DNA of 63,210 nucleotides, the filler included, from Rhabdomonas costata (Eukaryota): assembly GCA_019059605.1 (NCBI GenBank). It is 45 parts of 45 records of this genome, joined end to end, with 100 filler letters (N's around TTAATTAATTAA, not from the genome) between each part and the next. Parts side by side here need not be neighbours in the genome. Positions count along the whole stretch, not along the records: positions 1 to 1,308 come from JAHMHO010019868.1; positions 1,409 to 2,716 come from JAHMHO010019869.1; positions 2,817 to 4,124 come from JAHMHO010019870.1; positions 4,225 to 5,531 come from JAHMHO010019871.1; positions 5,632 to 6,939 come from JAHMHO010019872.1; positions 7,040 to 8,347 come from JAHMHO010019873.1; positions 8,448 to 9,755 come from JAHMHO010019874.1; positions 9,856 to 11,149 come from JAHMHO010019875.1; 37 more parts are not named here. One strand, written 5' to 3'. Shown here one piece after another: positions 1 through 11,396 of the stretch (the stretch's first letter is position 1; every line of letters starts with the position of its first letter). The notes below the pieces were generated by a model. The model was not told the origin of the DNA. It searched no databases and saw only the letters and a program-made list of their open reading frames with translations. The translations under genes were made by a program, and so were the position numbers.

Positions 1-186
1 GTTTTTTTGTTCGTGGCAAGTACTCGAAGTCTCGCGGGTGTTGTGTCCTTCCCCCAGGTTAGTGTATGGGGGCTATACAATGGCAGTGGTGCGGACCAAG
101 CTAGGTGGTAGAAATTTGCCATATCGACTCAAATTCTTTTCCACCCTTCTCAGAAATCGACGCGTCACGGGTGGTGTGTTCCTCAG

Positions 187-1102
187 ATGGAGCAAGTCGC
201 GGAGATGGATCTGGAAGCGGTGCAGAACCAGAGCCGCAGCCGGTTCAAGGAGATTATGGACATCCAGGCCCACTTCGGGACGATGGTCAGCAAGCTGATG
301 GTGTGTTGGTCTGATGTGTCGGTCTGATATGTTGTTTAGTGAGGCTCCGGCTTCCCTTGCCCTGTACCATTCTGAGAATATCGCCACACAAGGACACACA
401 CACACGTGCAGATACCAGTGCTGCCCATTCGCTCTTCCGAATGAAACGTCTTGCGAGCAACTATGTGGTCAACAGCGCATGAGGCCGTCCACAGCCCATT
501 CGCTCTTCCGAATGAAACGTCTTGCGAGCAACTATGTGGTCAACAGCGCATGAGGCCGTCCACAGCGGTCACCAAAGGCAATCAGGCAAGAGCTATGCGC
601 GCAACATACACACACACACACACACGCAGGAGTACCGGGCGTACCTCCCCGAGGCCCTTCTGGGCGAAACTGGCCCCGCAGACAGCTGTGCGGCCGAGAA
701 CCCCACCTCCTCTGGCGCCGGCGCCGACGCCCAGGCCCGGCGCAAGACCAAGCTGACCACTCAAACCCATTACACCAGCCCCCGGGTGCAGCCCTCGGAG
801 TGCAGCTCCGTCAGTATTAGCGCGGAAGGCCTGGACCTTGGAGCCTCGAAGTCGGAGTCGGGGTGCGGGCCAAATCTTCGCGCGGAGAGCTCCTCCTCGC
901 TGCACCACGAGAAGACGGTGTCGAGCAATGGGATGATGGCCCGGAAGAGGTCCGCGGTGGCCCGGGTGGACGTCGGCGGGGTGCTGATGCACCGCACGGT
1001 GTCCGTGCTGCAGGCGGATATTGTGGGGTTCCATGTACTGGCCTCGGATGACGCGGGGATGGTGGCCACGCACACTTCGGTGATTCAGGCCGCGAGCCAG
1101 GC
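187..1102 (+). CDS. Receptor-type adenylate/guanylate cyclase (class III) fragment; exons 187-300 and 630-~1102
   Basis: Splicing the GT-AG intron 301-629 gives MEQVAEMDLEAVQNQSRSRFKEIMDIQAHFGTMVSKLM|EYRAYLPEALL, a HAMP-like helix plus the 'L.EYRAYLP' linker. A Ser-rich spacer follows, then RTVSVLQADIVGFH, which matches the start of a class III cyclase domain. Confidence 0.75.
423..566 (+). repeat. Two-copy 71-bp tandem duplication inside an intron
   Basis: gcccattcgctcttccgaatgaaacgtcttgcgagcaactatgtggtcaacagcgcatgaggccgtccaca starts at 423 and again at 494. Confidence 0.95.
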
Positions 1103-1308
1103 GTGTGAGTGGTGATCGGGTGGGTTACCGATTTTGGAATCGTGGCACCTCGCATGGGAATATGTCTGTGGGTGTTGTCAAAGTTGACAGCTTTTTTGAG
1201 CCCTACGAAAGGTCGGTGCTGGGTTTTGCGTGCGATGCTGTGGATTGCAGTGTGATGTTAGGGTATGCAGGGTGGTTCGATGTCGAGCTATTCAGTAAAC
1301 CAAAACAA

Positions 1309-1408
1309 NNNNNNNNNNNNNNNNNNNNNNNNNNNNNNNNNNNNNNNNNNNNTTAATTAATTAANNNNNNNNNNNNNNNNNNNNNNNNNNNNNNNNNNNN
1401 NNNNNNNN
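1309..1408. other. Artificial contig-joining spacer (N44-TTAATTAATTAA-N44); first of 44 identical spacers
   Basis: The same 100-bp unit recurs about every 1.4 kb (e.g. 2717-2816, 4125-4224, 5532-5631 ... 61805-61904). TTAATTAATTAA gives stops in all six frames. The contigs between spacers are all about 1.29-1.32 kb. Confidence 0.99.
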
Positions 1409-2499
1409 GGGTGTGGTGGCCAACATCTTGAAGTCCTCCCTTGGTCCCGTAGGAATGGACAAAATGCTTGTGGATGGTACGCTTCCTTCCCGTACCTTTG
1501 AAGTGTTTGTTTTTCTTTGAGTCAAAGGGATCTGGTAAGGCTCCCCACGTTAAAACGATCGCTACCAGTACTGCAATGGGTTGGTGTCGTTTTCTTCTCC
1601 CCAGACCTGGGTGACATTTTGGTCACGAACGACGGCTCAACCATTCTAAGTCGCTTGGAAGTTGAGCATCCCGCAGCAAAGGTTCTGGTTGACCTGGCCA
1701 AGCTGCAGGTGTGAGAGGCTGTGAGGGGATGAACATTTCGCATCCGCTGGAACGTGCTCTTCTTTTCTTGGGTAATTTTCGACTACTACTGACGCTCTGC
1801 TGTGCTTCAGGACGACGAGGTGGGAGATGGAACCACCTCAGTTGTCATTCTTGCTGCGGAGCTGCTTAAGCGCGCCAATCACATGGTGCAGCAGAAGATT
1901 CATCCCACCAATGTGATTGCAGGCTACAAGTGTGTGAGTGTGTGTAAGCATAATTAGTTGTTTTGTTAATTTAATTTAAATTCTGTTGTACTTCAGCAGA
2001 ACATTTAGAGGGTTGTACCTTTTGGACCCGCAAATCCCCCCAGGCAAATTTCCCTCGCACCACCCAAGACCGCTGTCCTCGATTTGGGCCAAGAGCTTAT
2101 TGCCGCATTGCCGAAAGGCTCCTCGCCCGTTGGAGGTGCTAACGATTGAGTGAGGGATAATTTGACCTTTGACTTTTGGGGGTCAACAAACAAAATACAG
2201 GTGAAAAAGCCTGAATGTTGAAACCCCCACCCTGCCCCGTGAACCGAAAGTGGTTCACCAACCTGAGCGAGCTGGTTTACGTCTGTGAACCGAACCACTT
2301 TCGGTTCAAGGACGTCCATAAACGTGCACAGCGAACATATTTTCTCTCCCCTCGCATTTGGTTTTCTGTTGCACAGGTTGGCGATGCGAGAGGCTGTGAA
2401 GTATGTGAAGCAAAATCTCAGCCTGCAAACTGACACCCTCGGCACCGAGGCCTTGCTGAACATTGCAAAAACTTCCATGTCCTCGAAAGTGATTGCCCC
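1409..2499 (+). CDS. TCP1: T-complex protein 1 subunit alpha (CCT1), partial; exons 1409-1476, 1605-1708, 1811-1929, 2377-2499
   Basis: The spliced product is [35 protein letters not shown]...[64 protein letters not shown]...[11 protein letters not shown]. It has the chaperonin GP.GMDKM, TNDG and GDGTTS motifs and alpha-type context. All introns are GT-AG and in phase. Confidence 0.95.
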
Positions 2500-3235
2500 G
2501 TACGTTGCAGCTGCCCTCCCTGAAACTTTCCTTTCTCATTTCACAGGCAACTTCAACCGAATACGTTGAGTTTGCTCGCGGTGTTGCGAACATTTTCAGG
2601 GTTGCTGCGAGAAGGCAGTTGCCAACTCACAAAAGAAAGATCACAAAAAGCACAACGTCAACAGGTCGCGACAACCTGTGAGACAGATATAGAAAGGGTT
2701 CGGTTTCTGTTGTGCANNNNNNNNNNNNNNNNNNNNNNNNNNNNNNNNNNNNNNNNNNNNTTAATTAATTAANNNNNNNNNNNNNNNNNNNNNNNNNNNN
2801 NNNNNNNNNNNNNNNNGTTTCAAGTGTGCACAGCGTGGCGTACTGACTGTGCGTTTCTCTTTGACAAATGAACTTTCAGCCCTGGATTCTTTTAATGCCG
2901 ATTTTTACTTGGGGGGGGGTCAGTCCATCGAGTTGCCAGCACTAGCGCTTGAACATGCTGCCGCTGTTGTGATGCGTGGTCTTGGTTCAATCTGACCTTG
3001 TTTTCCTGTATATACAATGTGAATGCCCACCCAGCATTAAAAAATCAAAAAAAAATCACACCAAGATGGCATCACACCAGCGTTTCTGATCGCCGTGAAA
3101 CCGGACGGTCGCCGACCAAGCAACACAACCGATGGGGAAATGGCAAATAAGTACACCACTGAGCACCCGATATTTGTTTCATGGTTTTGGGAAGAACGGC
3201 AATGGGTAAACGTGCTCTGTACCCACAGACTTTAA

Positions 3236-4080
3236 CCCTTACATATATTTGCTGTTTGGATTTTTAGGTGCAGGACTGGGCTGTGACACACACAAATGCC
3301 ACAGTGGATCATTCACAGCAATATACTGGAAAAAGAGGTGCAGCGGAGTCCCAAAAGTACAAAAGCACGTGGAATGGTGTGGAAAGGAGTACAAGGACCA
3401 TCAACCGAAAAGAGAAAAACTAAGTTTTTTTTGAAAGAAAGTGTCCTCTCGCGGCAATTCAACAAGCTGACAAGTGAACAAGTTAAGACAAGAGCTGCCG
3501 AAGGTCCATCTTAACCGAGAGTTGGAGCAGAAGCATAATCCAGCCAAAGATGAACAATGCACCTCGAAACCGGGTTTTTTGAGTGCCTCCAGTAAGGGCA
3601 CAAAGGCTTTGTTAACAAATGCTTTGTTAAGCTTGCTGGGATCTCCTGCCTGTGAGGCGTACTTTGGGCCGCACAGCGGTTTATGCAATTGCGATGGTAT
3701 GTGACGGATTTGGCCATGTAGCAATATTTTAACTCCAGAAGCCAAAAAGTGCGTGTTTACAGGTGTTACTGGTTAAAAAAGCCAACTGCCAGGGGCCCAA
3801 AGGGCACCACACCAGCGATGGAGCATGCTATTGCTGTGCTATTGCTGCAATTGCATCGTCTCATTGGTGCACTTTCGTTTTCTACCAAAACTATCGCCCA
3901 TAAGGCGAAACGCTTCCGTTTGAAGACATTTCTGAAACTCTCACGTTTGACGTGGCGCGGGCAATGTTTTGCCCCAGTCTATTCTGTGGCTTCTAATTTA
4001 ATTCCGAGCTGAATTCGAGCAAAGTGTCGTCTTGAATGGAGCTCCCAACCCGCGGCGGGGACGTTGCCTGTAATAGAGGG
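3236..4080. mobile_element. Possible decayed piggyBac-like element
   Basis: Bounded by TTAA|CCCT (3232-3239) and AGGG|TTAA (4077-4084). The inverted match extends only 4 bp and the interior has only broken ORFs. Confidence 0.25.
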
Positions 4081-4663
4081 TTAAAAATGCCCCACAATCC
4101 GATTCAAAATTGTTTCACCAACCCNNNNNNNNNNNNNNNNNNNNNNNNNNNNNNNNNNNNNNNNNNNNTTAATTAATTAANNNNNNNNNNNNNNNNNNNN
4201 NNNNNNNNNNNNNNNNNNNNNNNNCTAAAAACAACTTATGCGAAAATTGCTTCCAGCAAGTCGCCGTGTAGGAATGATTTCTTCCTGTATTTGGGATTTT
4301 CTTCGCTATTGGCCGATGATTTTAAGTGTGTTTCAGGACTTCCTCGCTCCCGAAATCCCCCTAAAATTTGAATTCGCATCTGCCTTCTGAACCGCAGCAT
4401 CTTTTTCTCTCTTTCTTCCTGCAGGTATCAGCGTGGTTTCCTGTGCCCTACCTCTATTTGCCTTTCGCTTTCTGTGAACTGCGTGCGAGGTGCCATTCCT
4501 GTTGCTGCCGTCTTGCCTGCCGTTCTCTCTCCTCCCTTGTATAATCGTTGCTTGCTCCGTCCCCCTTTTCCCCATTTCGTTTTGCTTTGTGCTATCGCTT
4601 TCTTCCCTTGGCGGTTTCTGCTGGTTTTGCTATGCCCCGGGGCGTGGCTGCGTGGGATTCGCC

Positions 4664-5511
4664 ATGGGGTGCAGCATCAGTGTCTCTCTGAACACCAGCG
4701 TGGAGAAGGCCTTCGTGCAGGTCGCCGTGCCGCCCATCGCCGCCTCAGCCGCTGACAACAGCTGTGGCTCGCCATGTGCGGCCCACGCCCTTGCACTGGT
4801 CCCGGACCAGTTCGGGAGGCTCTCCGTGGCTCACCGGTGCGCCTTTCCGGGGTTTCCAAGGGCATTGGTTGTACAGTCGGGGCTTTGGGTCGGGGAACAG
4901 AGGACGAGAAACCCTTGCTGCTGGCCTCGCCCGCTGTGGTGCTTGCGGTGCTGTGCCCGAAGCTGTGGCTGGGAACAAGACCTGAGACCACAAACAGGGG
5001 GGAGCATTGGAGGAAGAGAAATTGGGGTCTTCCGCATGACAATGTCTTGTTGCCAAAATGTTTGTGGGCGAGCCAGCGAGATTTCGCCAGAGGGAGCCGC
5101 GCACGCACACAAAAAATTTCGTTGAAATCTCGGCAGAGGAAAGCCCAATGAGATGTGTGAATGGCACAGGGGCGCCCTTTTGCTCGGGTTTGGCATGAGG
5201 ATGGGAGTCGTTGCATTATGAGGTGGGACGGGGTTTGCAGGGGGTGGCGGACCCTTCCGGATCCCTTGATTGCCGGCGACCGCACGGACACCCTGCGCTC
5301 CCTGGACGCCTCGCACAACGCGCTGTCCGACCTCTCCGTGCTGGCGCCATATGGTAACCTCACCACCCTGGTGCTGGACGACAACCTGGTGCAGAGCAAC
5401 GCCCGCCTGCCCCCGCTGCCCCTGCTGCGCGTGCTCTCCGTGAACGGCAACCAGATCAAGAACAGGGTGGGGTTTGTGGAAATGCTTCACCGCAGCGTGC
5501 CCCGGCTGAGG
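4664..5511 (+). CDS. Leucine-rich repeat protein, LRMDA/C10orf11-like, N-terminal part; exons 4664-4836 and 5241-5511
   Basis: Starts MGCS (myristoylation/palmitoylation-type). Spliced RLSVAHR|GWRTLPDPL is followed by LRRs LRSLDASHNAL, LTTLVLDDNLV and LPLLRVLSVNGNQI...LHRSVPRLR, the LRMDA arrangement. Phase-2 GT-AG intron 4837-5240. Confidence 0.8.
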
Positions 5512-5637
5512 GTGTGCAGCTCCACCCAAAANNNNNNNNNNNNNNNNNNNNNNNNNNNNNNNNNNNNNNNNNNNNTTAATTAATTAANNNNNNNNNNNNN
5601 NNNNNNNNNNNNNNNNNNNNNNNNNNNNNNNGTTGGT

Positions 5638-5885
5638 GGGGAAAGGGCAAACAAATAGGAACTCGAAGTGCATAACGTTACGAGAGACCCACCCGCTCGA
5701 ATAGCAGCGGTCTGGAGGTTAACATTGGAGGTTTTTTTAACATTGAAGTTGCCGATGTGGGCGCTAGGACGGAAGGAAACAGTACGGATGGAGGGGAAAG
5801 GGCAAACAAATAGGAACTCGAAGTGCATAACGTTACGAGAGACCCACCCGCTCGAATAGCAGCGGTCTGGGGGTAAACATTGGAG
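5638..5885 (+). repeat. Tandem repeat with ~155-bp period (two partial copies at the contig start)
   Basis: gaaagggcaaacaaataggaactcgaagtgcataacgttacgagagacccacccgctcgaatagcagcggtctgg occurs at 5641 and 5796. Confidence 0.9.
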
Positions 5886-7039
5886 TTTAGGGATGGCATG
5901 GTACCATGTTCGTAAGTCGATCGGGTTGCCCATCCACGGCGCCACTTCTCCACCCTTGCTGACAAACCTTGTAAGCCAAAGTAGCGCTTCAGCCAGGCCT
6001 TCGAGAGCATCCCGTCGCGGTCGCGGTGATGTTTCAGCAGGACCTCATTGGTAAACTGCCCAGCAACAAAAGTGAGGCTGATCCAGGTAATAACCTTCTT
6101 CACATGGTAGCCCATGACAAAGTGACAGGGGTAAAGAGACACAGGGAGAGTAAAGGTTAGACTGGACAAGCGGAGACATCTATCATTCATGACCATGTGT
6201 GTGAACGACTCATTGACTCAAGGGGGGTTTGGGAAAGATTTACGTTCCGCGTTCCGGAGACGTGCACATCGATGATACATGTGTAAATTGCCTGCACAAC
6301 ACCCCTGGCAAACACGTATACACATTCATTTGCATGCAACAGAAGGCAGCCCACATAAACTGCAGGAAGCGGCCCAGCATCTCGCAGCATAAAACATAAA
6401 ACATGAAGCCTTTCTTCGGCACTGATGCCAAAAATCTCAAAATGTGGTGAGGCAGCCTAATCCTCGTGTCAGAAGCTCTGAAACTCTCTATCCAAAACAA
6501 ACAACAACAAGGGCGAACCTGCTGTGCAACAAGTCCTGTCTGACCTCTGAGACTCTAAAGCCTTCAGCTGTACTCAGAAAATCCCGTAGTCTGAACATTG
6601 AACAGATGCCACGGAATCCTTCGGTACACAAAGGCACTGAGCGAAGCCTCAAAAGTGAGGGCACTCCGCCAAGATACAGCGACAGAAGGAAAACAGCAAT
6701 GGCGCGGGAAGCAAAGCACGGCACGGCAAAGGCAAGACAAACGCTGGTTCGATCGGGCAAATGGAACCTCTGGGGAAACTGCCCAGCAGTACGGGACACG
6801 GGCGTCTCCAATCATACGGTCCAGTGGAGCGGCATCCCTTCATAGCCCTTCATAGTGTGTGCCTTCTCCATTTCATGGAGGGGTCTGCGTGGCGTAATCA
6901 TGGAAAAGCTGCACAGGAGGCAGGCGGCGACCAACACAANNNNNNNNNNNNNNNNNNNNNNNNNNNNNNNNNNNNNNNNNNNNTTAATTAATTAANNNNN
7001 NNNNNNNNNNNNNNNNNNNNNNNNNNNNNNNNNNNNNNN

Positions 7040-7488
7040 GGGTTGGGGTGTAAACTGCGTAAACCGGGGTCGAAGAGTTTGCAGTCGAGGTTCGCTGGGT
7101 GGTGAGCGCGAGGTATGGGGGCGCTCCCCGGCTTCGGCGATGCGGCCTGCGAGCTTGCTGTAGGACTGCAGGATTGACACGTCAACCTCCGGAGTGAGGA
7201 TCTGGTGAGCCAGGCGCAGGACTGTGGCGTACATCTGGTCCTGGTCGGAGAGGAACGTGTGGCCCAGCAGGAGCTCCAAGAAGCAGAAGAGAGGGTGTCT
7301 GGGAGAGTAGTCGGAGGCTGCGTGGCATGGCTGAGACTAAGAGCTGCGAATTTGGCCTCCAGGTTGGTTTTGGACACTGCAACCTTGGACTGTAGCGCCA
7401 GGTGGCTTTGTTACAGGCTTTGCTTGGAGGCCTGGATCTGCTGTACCGCCGAAAGTAGTTGTTGGAGCAAGGAGGTGTGATCGGTCAT
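7040..7488 (-). pseudogene. Disrupted ORF with a coiled-coil N-terminus, possibly a retroelement gag/ORF1 relic
   Basis: ATG at 7488 gives MTDHTSLLQQLLSAVQQIQASKQSL*QSHLALQSKV...LEAKFAAL, with an in-frame TAA at 7411-7413. An apparent frameshift near 7280 leads into FLELLLGHTFLSDQDQMYATVLRLAHQIL. The gag assignment is inference only. Confidence 0.4.
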
Positions 7489-8529
7489 TGCAAAGAGTGA
7501 ACAAGTGCCACAAAAACAAAAAATTGAACCTAGAATGAGATTGGTGGAAAACAGCAGTTTCTCTCATATAAAACTCCTAAAAATCAAAATTTAGACCAAC
7601 AATTGCTATAACCGGGCTTGAAAAAAAAAATCAAGACAATGGCGAAGTTCAGGTGCTTGTGGATACCAACGAGCTCGACTGACAATGTTTTTGGTGGTAC
7701 GCTTTCCAGAACAAAGAGAGATCACCGCCTCTTTGTATCTCAGTGTAGATTTTTCTCCCCAGAAAAACCTCCAGTAAGTCCTAAAGTGTCTCAGTTTTTC
7801 AAAAGGCACACTAAACGAGAGCCTCGTAAGTTCGCCAAATAAAAGTGCCCACCGCAATAAGCATCAGTTGTATCAGTTGTTTTGCATCTTAGTCTCGGCT
7901 TTCATGGCCACTTAAAGGAAATTTTGCTCCCTAAAATGCCAAACTGATAGGGCCGAGCCTTAACCTTTGTTCCGCTTGAGTCTCCGCAAAAAGTTTGGCC
8001 GCCTCAAAATACCGACGTCTGCGGTCAACGGCGTTTGGCGCAAAACCACAGCCTCACGCAAGGCATGTAGACCAAAACAAAAACAATGTGTTTTGGTGTT
8101 TTGGTGTTTTGGTTGATGCTATATCCCGTTCGTGTTCAAGGTTGCAAAGTACACGTAGCTGGATGACCTCGAAAATATTTTGATTCCAGTCAGCCACCAA
8201 GATGGCATCGGGACGTTCTTATACTCAATAAATGTTTTTCCATTTCACCATCTGCAAATATCCAATTAGCGTGCTGGTATCCATTCCTCATTTGCGCTAG
8301 GTGACTTGGAGCTGATGTACAGTATCCACTTGTAGAGTTGGAGAGGTNNNNNNNNNNNNNNNNNNNNNNNNNNNNNNNNNNNNNNNNNNNNTTAATTAAT
8401 TAANNNNNNNNNNNNNNNNNNNNNNNNNNNNNNNNNNNNNNNNNNNNCTACTGGTGTTTTTTCTGGGGGGGGGTGTATACGAATTGCTATGTCGAACCAT
8501 CGCCACCTAACGTGCTACCGTGCTACCAA

Positions 8530-9335
8530 GCAGCGGCAGCGGCAAGTGCTTCTGGGACCCCCTCGGCTGCGAAGGCAAAGCCAAAGCCAACGGCAAAACC
8601 TAAGGCGAAACGCAGCAGCCCAGCTGACCCTGAGGAAGAGAAGGAGGGACAGCTGCAACTCGCCGAGGAGACCTCGAAGTGCTCCGCATGCGAGGTGCGC
8701 TCTCCTACACCCCAGCACCACCCCGCGCATCCACAGCAGCGGTGGTATCACACGTAAGGACACGCGCATATGCACATGCACTCGCACAGGCACACACACA
8801 CAGGCACACGCACAGACACACGCACACGCGCACGCGCACGCACACGCACACGCACACTTCAACAAGACTGCCTTTTTGCGAAGACAAAACACACAAACAC
8901 CTCAATGGGCAATTCGCAAAAAGCAATCTGCATAGAAGGTACAACGGTTCGGGATTGTGGTGAAGGAGATAAGAGTGGTGATCCACAAAAACATGTCACC
9001 GACAGGGGAACGCTCTACTCTGCGGAGGAAACTACATATATAGCACTACACTTGTTTGTGCTGACTCCTGCAAGAATTCCACGAGAACTCATATAGCACT
9101 ACTCACGGCGCCGTTCCCGACACACGCACACGCGCACTCACATGCACAACACTTGCGCAAAGCAATGAAACGTATGGAGCCCTCTGTGTCCAACCGTGTG
9201 TGCTTTATTTTTTCTTCCACTCCCTGTTTTTCTCACCCCAGAAGCTGGTGGAGGCCGTGGAGTCTCGCATGAAATCACACGTTCATGGCACGACCCTCAA
9301 CCCCCGCTCGGATGAGAAGAAGTACCACCGGATAG
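8530..9335 (+). CDS. Possible saposin-like Canopy/DUF3456-type protein fragment; exons ~8530-8694 and 9242-9335
   Basis: An Ala/Lys/Pro-rich stretch is followed by ETSKCSACE|KLVEAVESRMKSHVHGTTLNPRSDEKKYHRI. The CxxC followed by an amphipathic helix resembles CNPY N-termini. Phase-0 GT-AG intron. Confidence 0.45.
8761..8856 (+). repeat. Compound (CA/CG)n microsatellite in an intron
   Basis: Runs of cacacg/cgcacg/cacaca. Confidence 0.9.
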
Positions 9336-11396
9336 GTGTGTTGCCCACTCACCCATTCTCACCCCGCTCTCCGTCCCCGTTACGGTATCATGCATTTTAT
9401 GGGGGGGGGGCTAAACTTTATCATTGCGCATCGCGGAAGGGTCCTTAAACCTCAACTTATTTTCTGAGGGAGTGTACTGAAAACCTTATCTTTTTGTGTG
9501 GTGTTCTGCTCTTTCTTCTCACTCAAGCTTACGCGCAAGGAGAGAAAAATAGCAATAAGGTGTGGGAGACGTCTTCAGTGAAAACAAACCCGCTCATGAC
9601 AACAGTGTCCCTCATCTTTTTTTTTTTTTTGAGATTCGGGCAACTTCGCCCCCCCCCCCGCATTAAACGTAATGTAATAATCGCACCATTACCGTGTTCT
9701 CAAGACGCGATAAATGCTTCAGCACAAAAGCACAAAACCACACACACCCACCACANNNNNNNNNNNNNNNNNNNNNNNNNNNNNNNNNNNNNNNNNNNNT
9801 TAATTAATTAANNNNNNNNNNNNNNNNNNNNNNNNNNNNNNNNNNNNNNNNNNNNGGTGTGGTGTGGAGCTTGAGAGAGGGAGAGGGAGATGGACGGAGA
9901 TATGGAGAGCGATGGTGAGGGAACGACAAGGTGACTTAGGAGACGGAAGGAATTTTTGTTGGGAGGAGGAGATGCGATTCGGGATGCAAAAAAGATCAAA
10001 AAGAAGAAAACGCTTGGGCTGGGGAAAGGGGGAAATTGAGGAAGCACCCACCCAAAGACTTGCTGTGTGTGTCGATGGATGCTACGCTGTGGTGACGCTC
10101 CGGCATGGTTGCAATGGAATTTGGGGAGGAGGGGGTAACGGTTACCACTCGTACCAGTGGTAACCGTTCCCATGGTAACAATTTTTACTCTAATTTCATA
10201 AATTGTCGAGAGTGCCGGTATACGTTATACTTTACGTGACCGTTTTTAGCTAATTTAGCAACCCCCCTCCATTCGGCCCCGGCGTGTTGGCGATCGTGGT
10301 GGGAAGGACGCGGCCTTCCGCCTCAGCCTGATTTTATGAAGCGTTCAGTGATGGAAACGCATCCAATCCAAGATACTGGGTATTTTATGTTAGATCAGCT
10401 TCACATGGGGTTACGCTGTGATGCACTCAACCCCAGTTATTCCAATGGAAGCATTGCAGGGGGCTGGGGTGTGATCCCGTGTTCCCTGGGATTCAATGAT
10501 GCTCTGCAGGGGGTTAGGTTGTGACGCAAGTGATTCCAAGGAAGCGGATGATTCCAGGATGTCTTGTCAAAATACTTAGATATTTAATGTTAGACCACTC
10601 ATTATGGTTGGTGTTCCACTGGTGCCGGTTTCCCCACCCCCTTCACAGACACACTACTGTGCAAGACCTTCAAGACGTTCGTAGAAAAGGTTTCACCGGA
10701 AGCGTACGTGTACCGAAAAGGTTGATGCCAGCGCAAACCAAACTCAAAAACATTCCGAATCTGCATTGGCCATTTGCTCAGGGCACACTTTGAGCCCAAA
10801 CGCACGTTCCTCCCTCACCAAATCTCGCCCTATTCAGCTGCGGCAGTTTCCAGGAGGACAGGAGCAGTCAGATTCGTAATTTTGGGTAGGATGCGCGGAG
10901 TATCTATAATAAGAAAGCAGGCATTTTTCCTTGCTGTCGTCTTTCACATGATTCAGGGGGTCTTCAATGAGTCTAACCCAGGTAACCGGGAACCATTGGA
11001 ACCTGGGTTACCGGCCCCCCTCACACTATATCACAAGAGCATTTCAATGAAGCCCATCCCGTCTGGTCTGGAAAGGAAGAAAGAACGGCACTGAACCTCC
11101 CACACTCACCCCTCTATTGAAAACCAAGCCCCGACAGTCACAAACCACCNNNNNNNNNNNNNNNNNNNNNNNNNNNNNNNNNNNNNNNNNNNNTTAATTA
11201 ATTAANNNNNNNNNNNNNNNNNNNNNNNNNNNNNNNNNNNNNNNNNNNNACCGAAGAGACTCTGCACCAATGTATTGCGAATGTATCGCTGAAGTTTTTG
11301 GGTTCCTGCTGAGTAACAAGTCAACAAGTCGGCTCACGCAGGCCGCCTCGCAAATGGCGCCTACGAGGGTTGCTCAAAACGCTCTGCCGTGCGTTC

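Noticed and set aside
4677-5529. Long minus-strand ORFs (260 aa, 232 aa) and similar antisense ORFs elsewhere (582-1073, 11370-12035, 47875-48354)
   Set aside because: These are shadow ORFs of GC-rich exons on the opposite strand, with no recognisable motifs.
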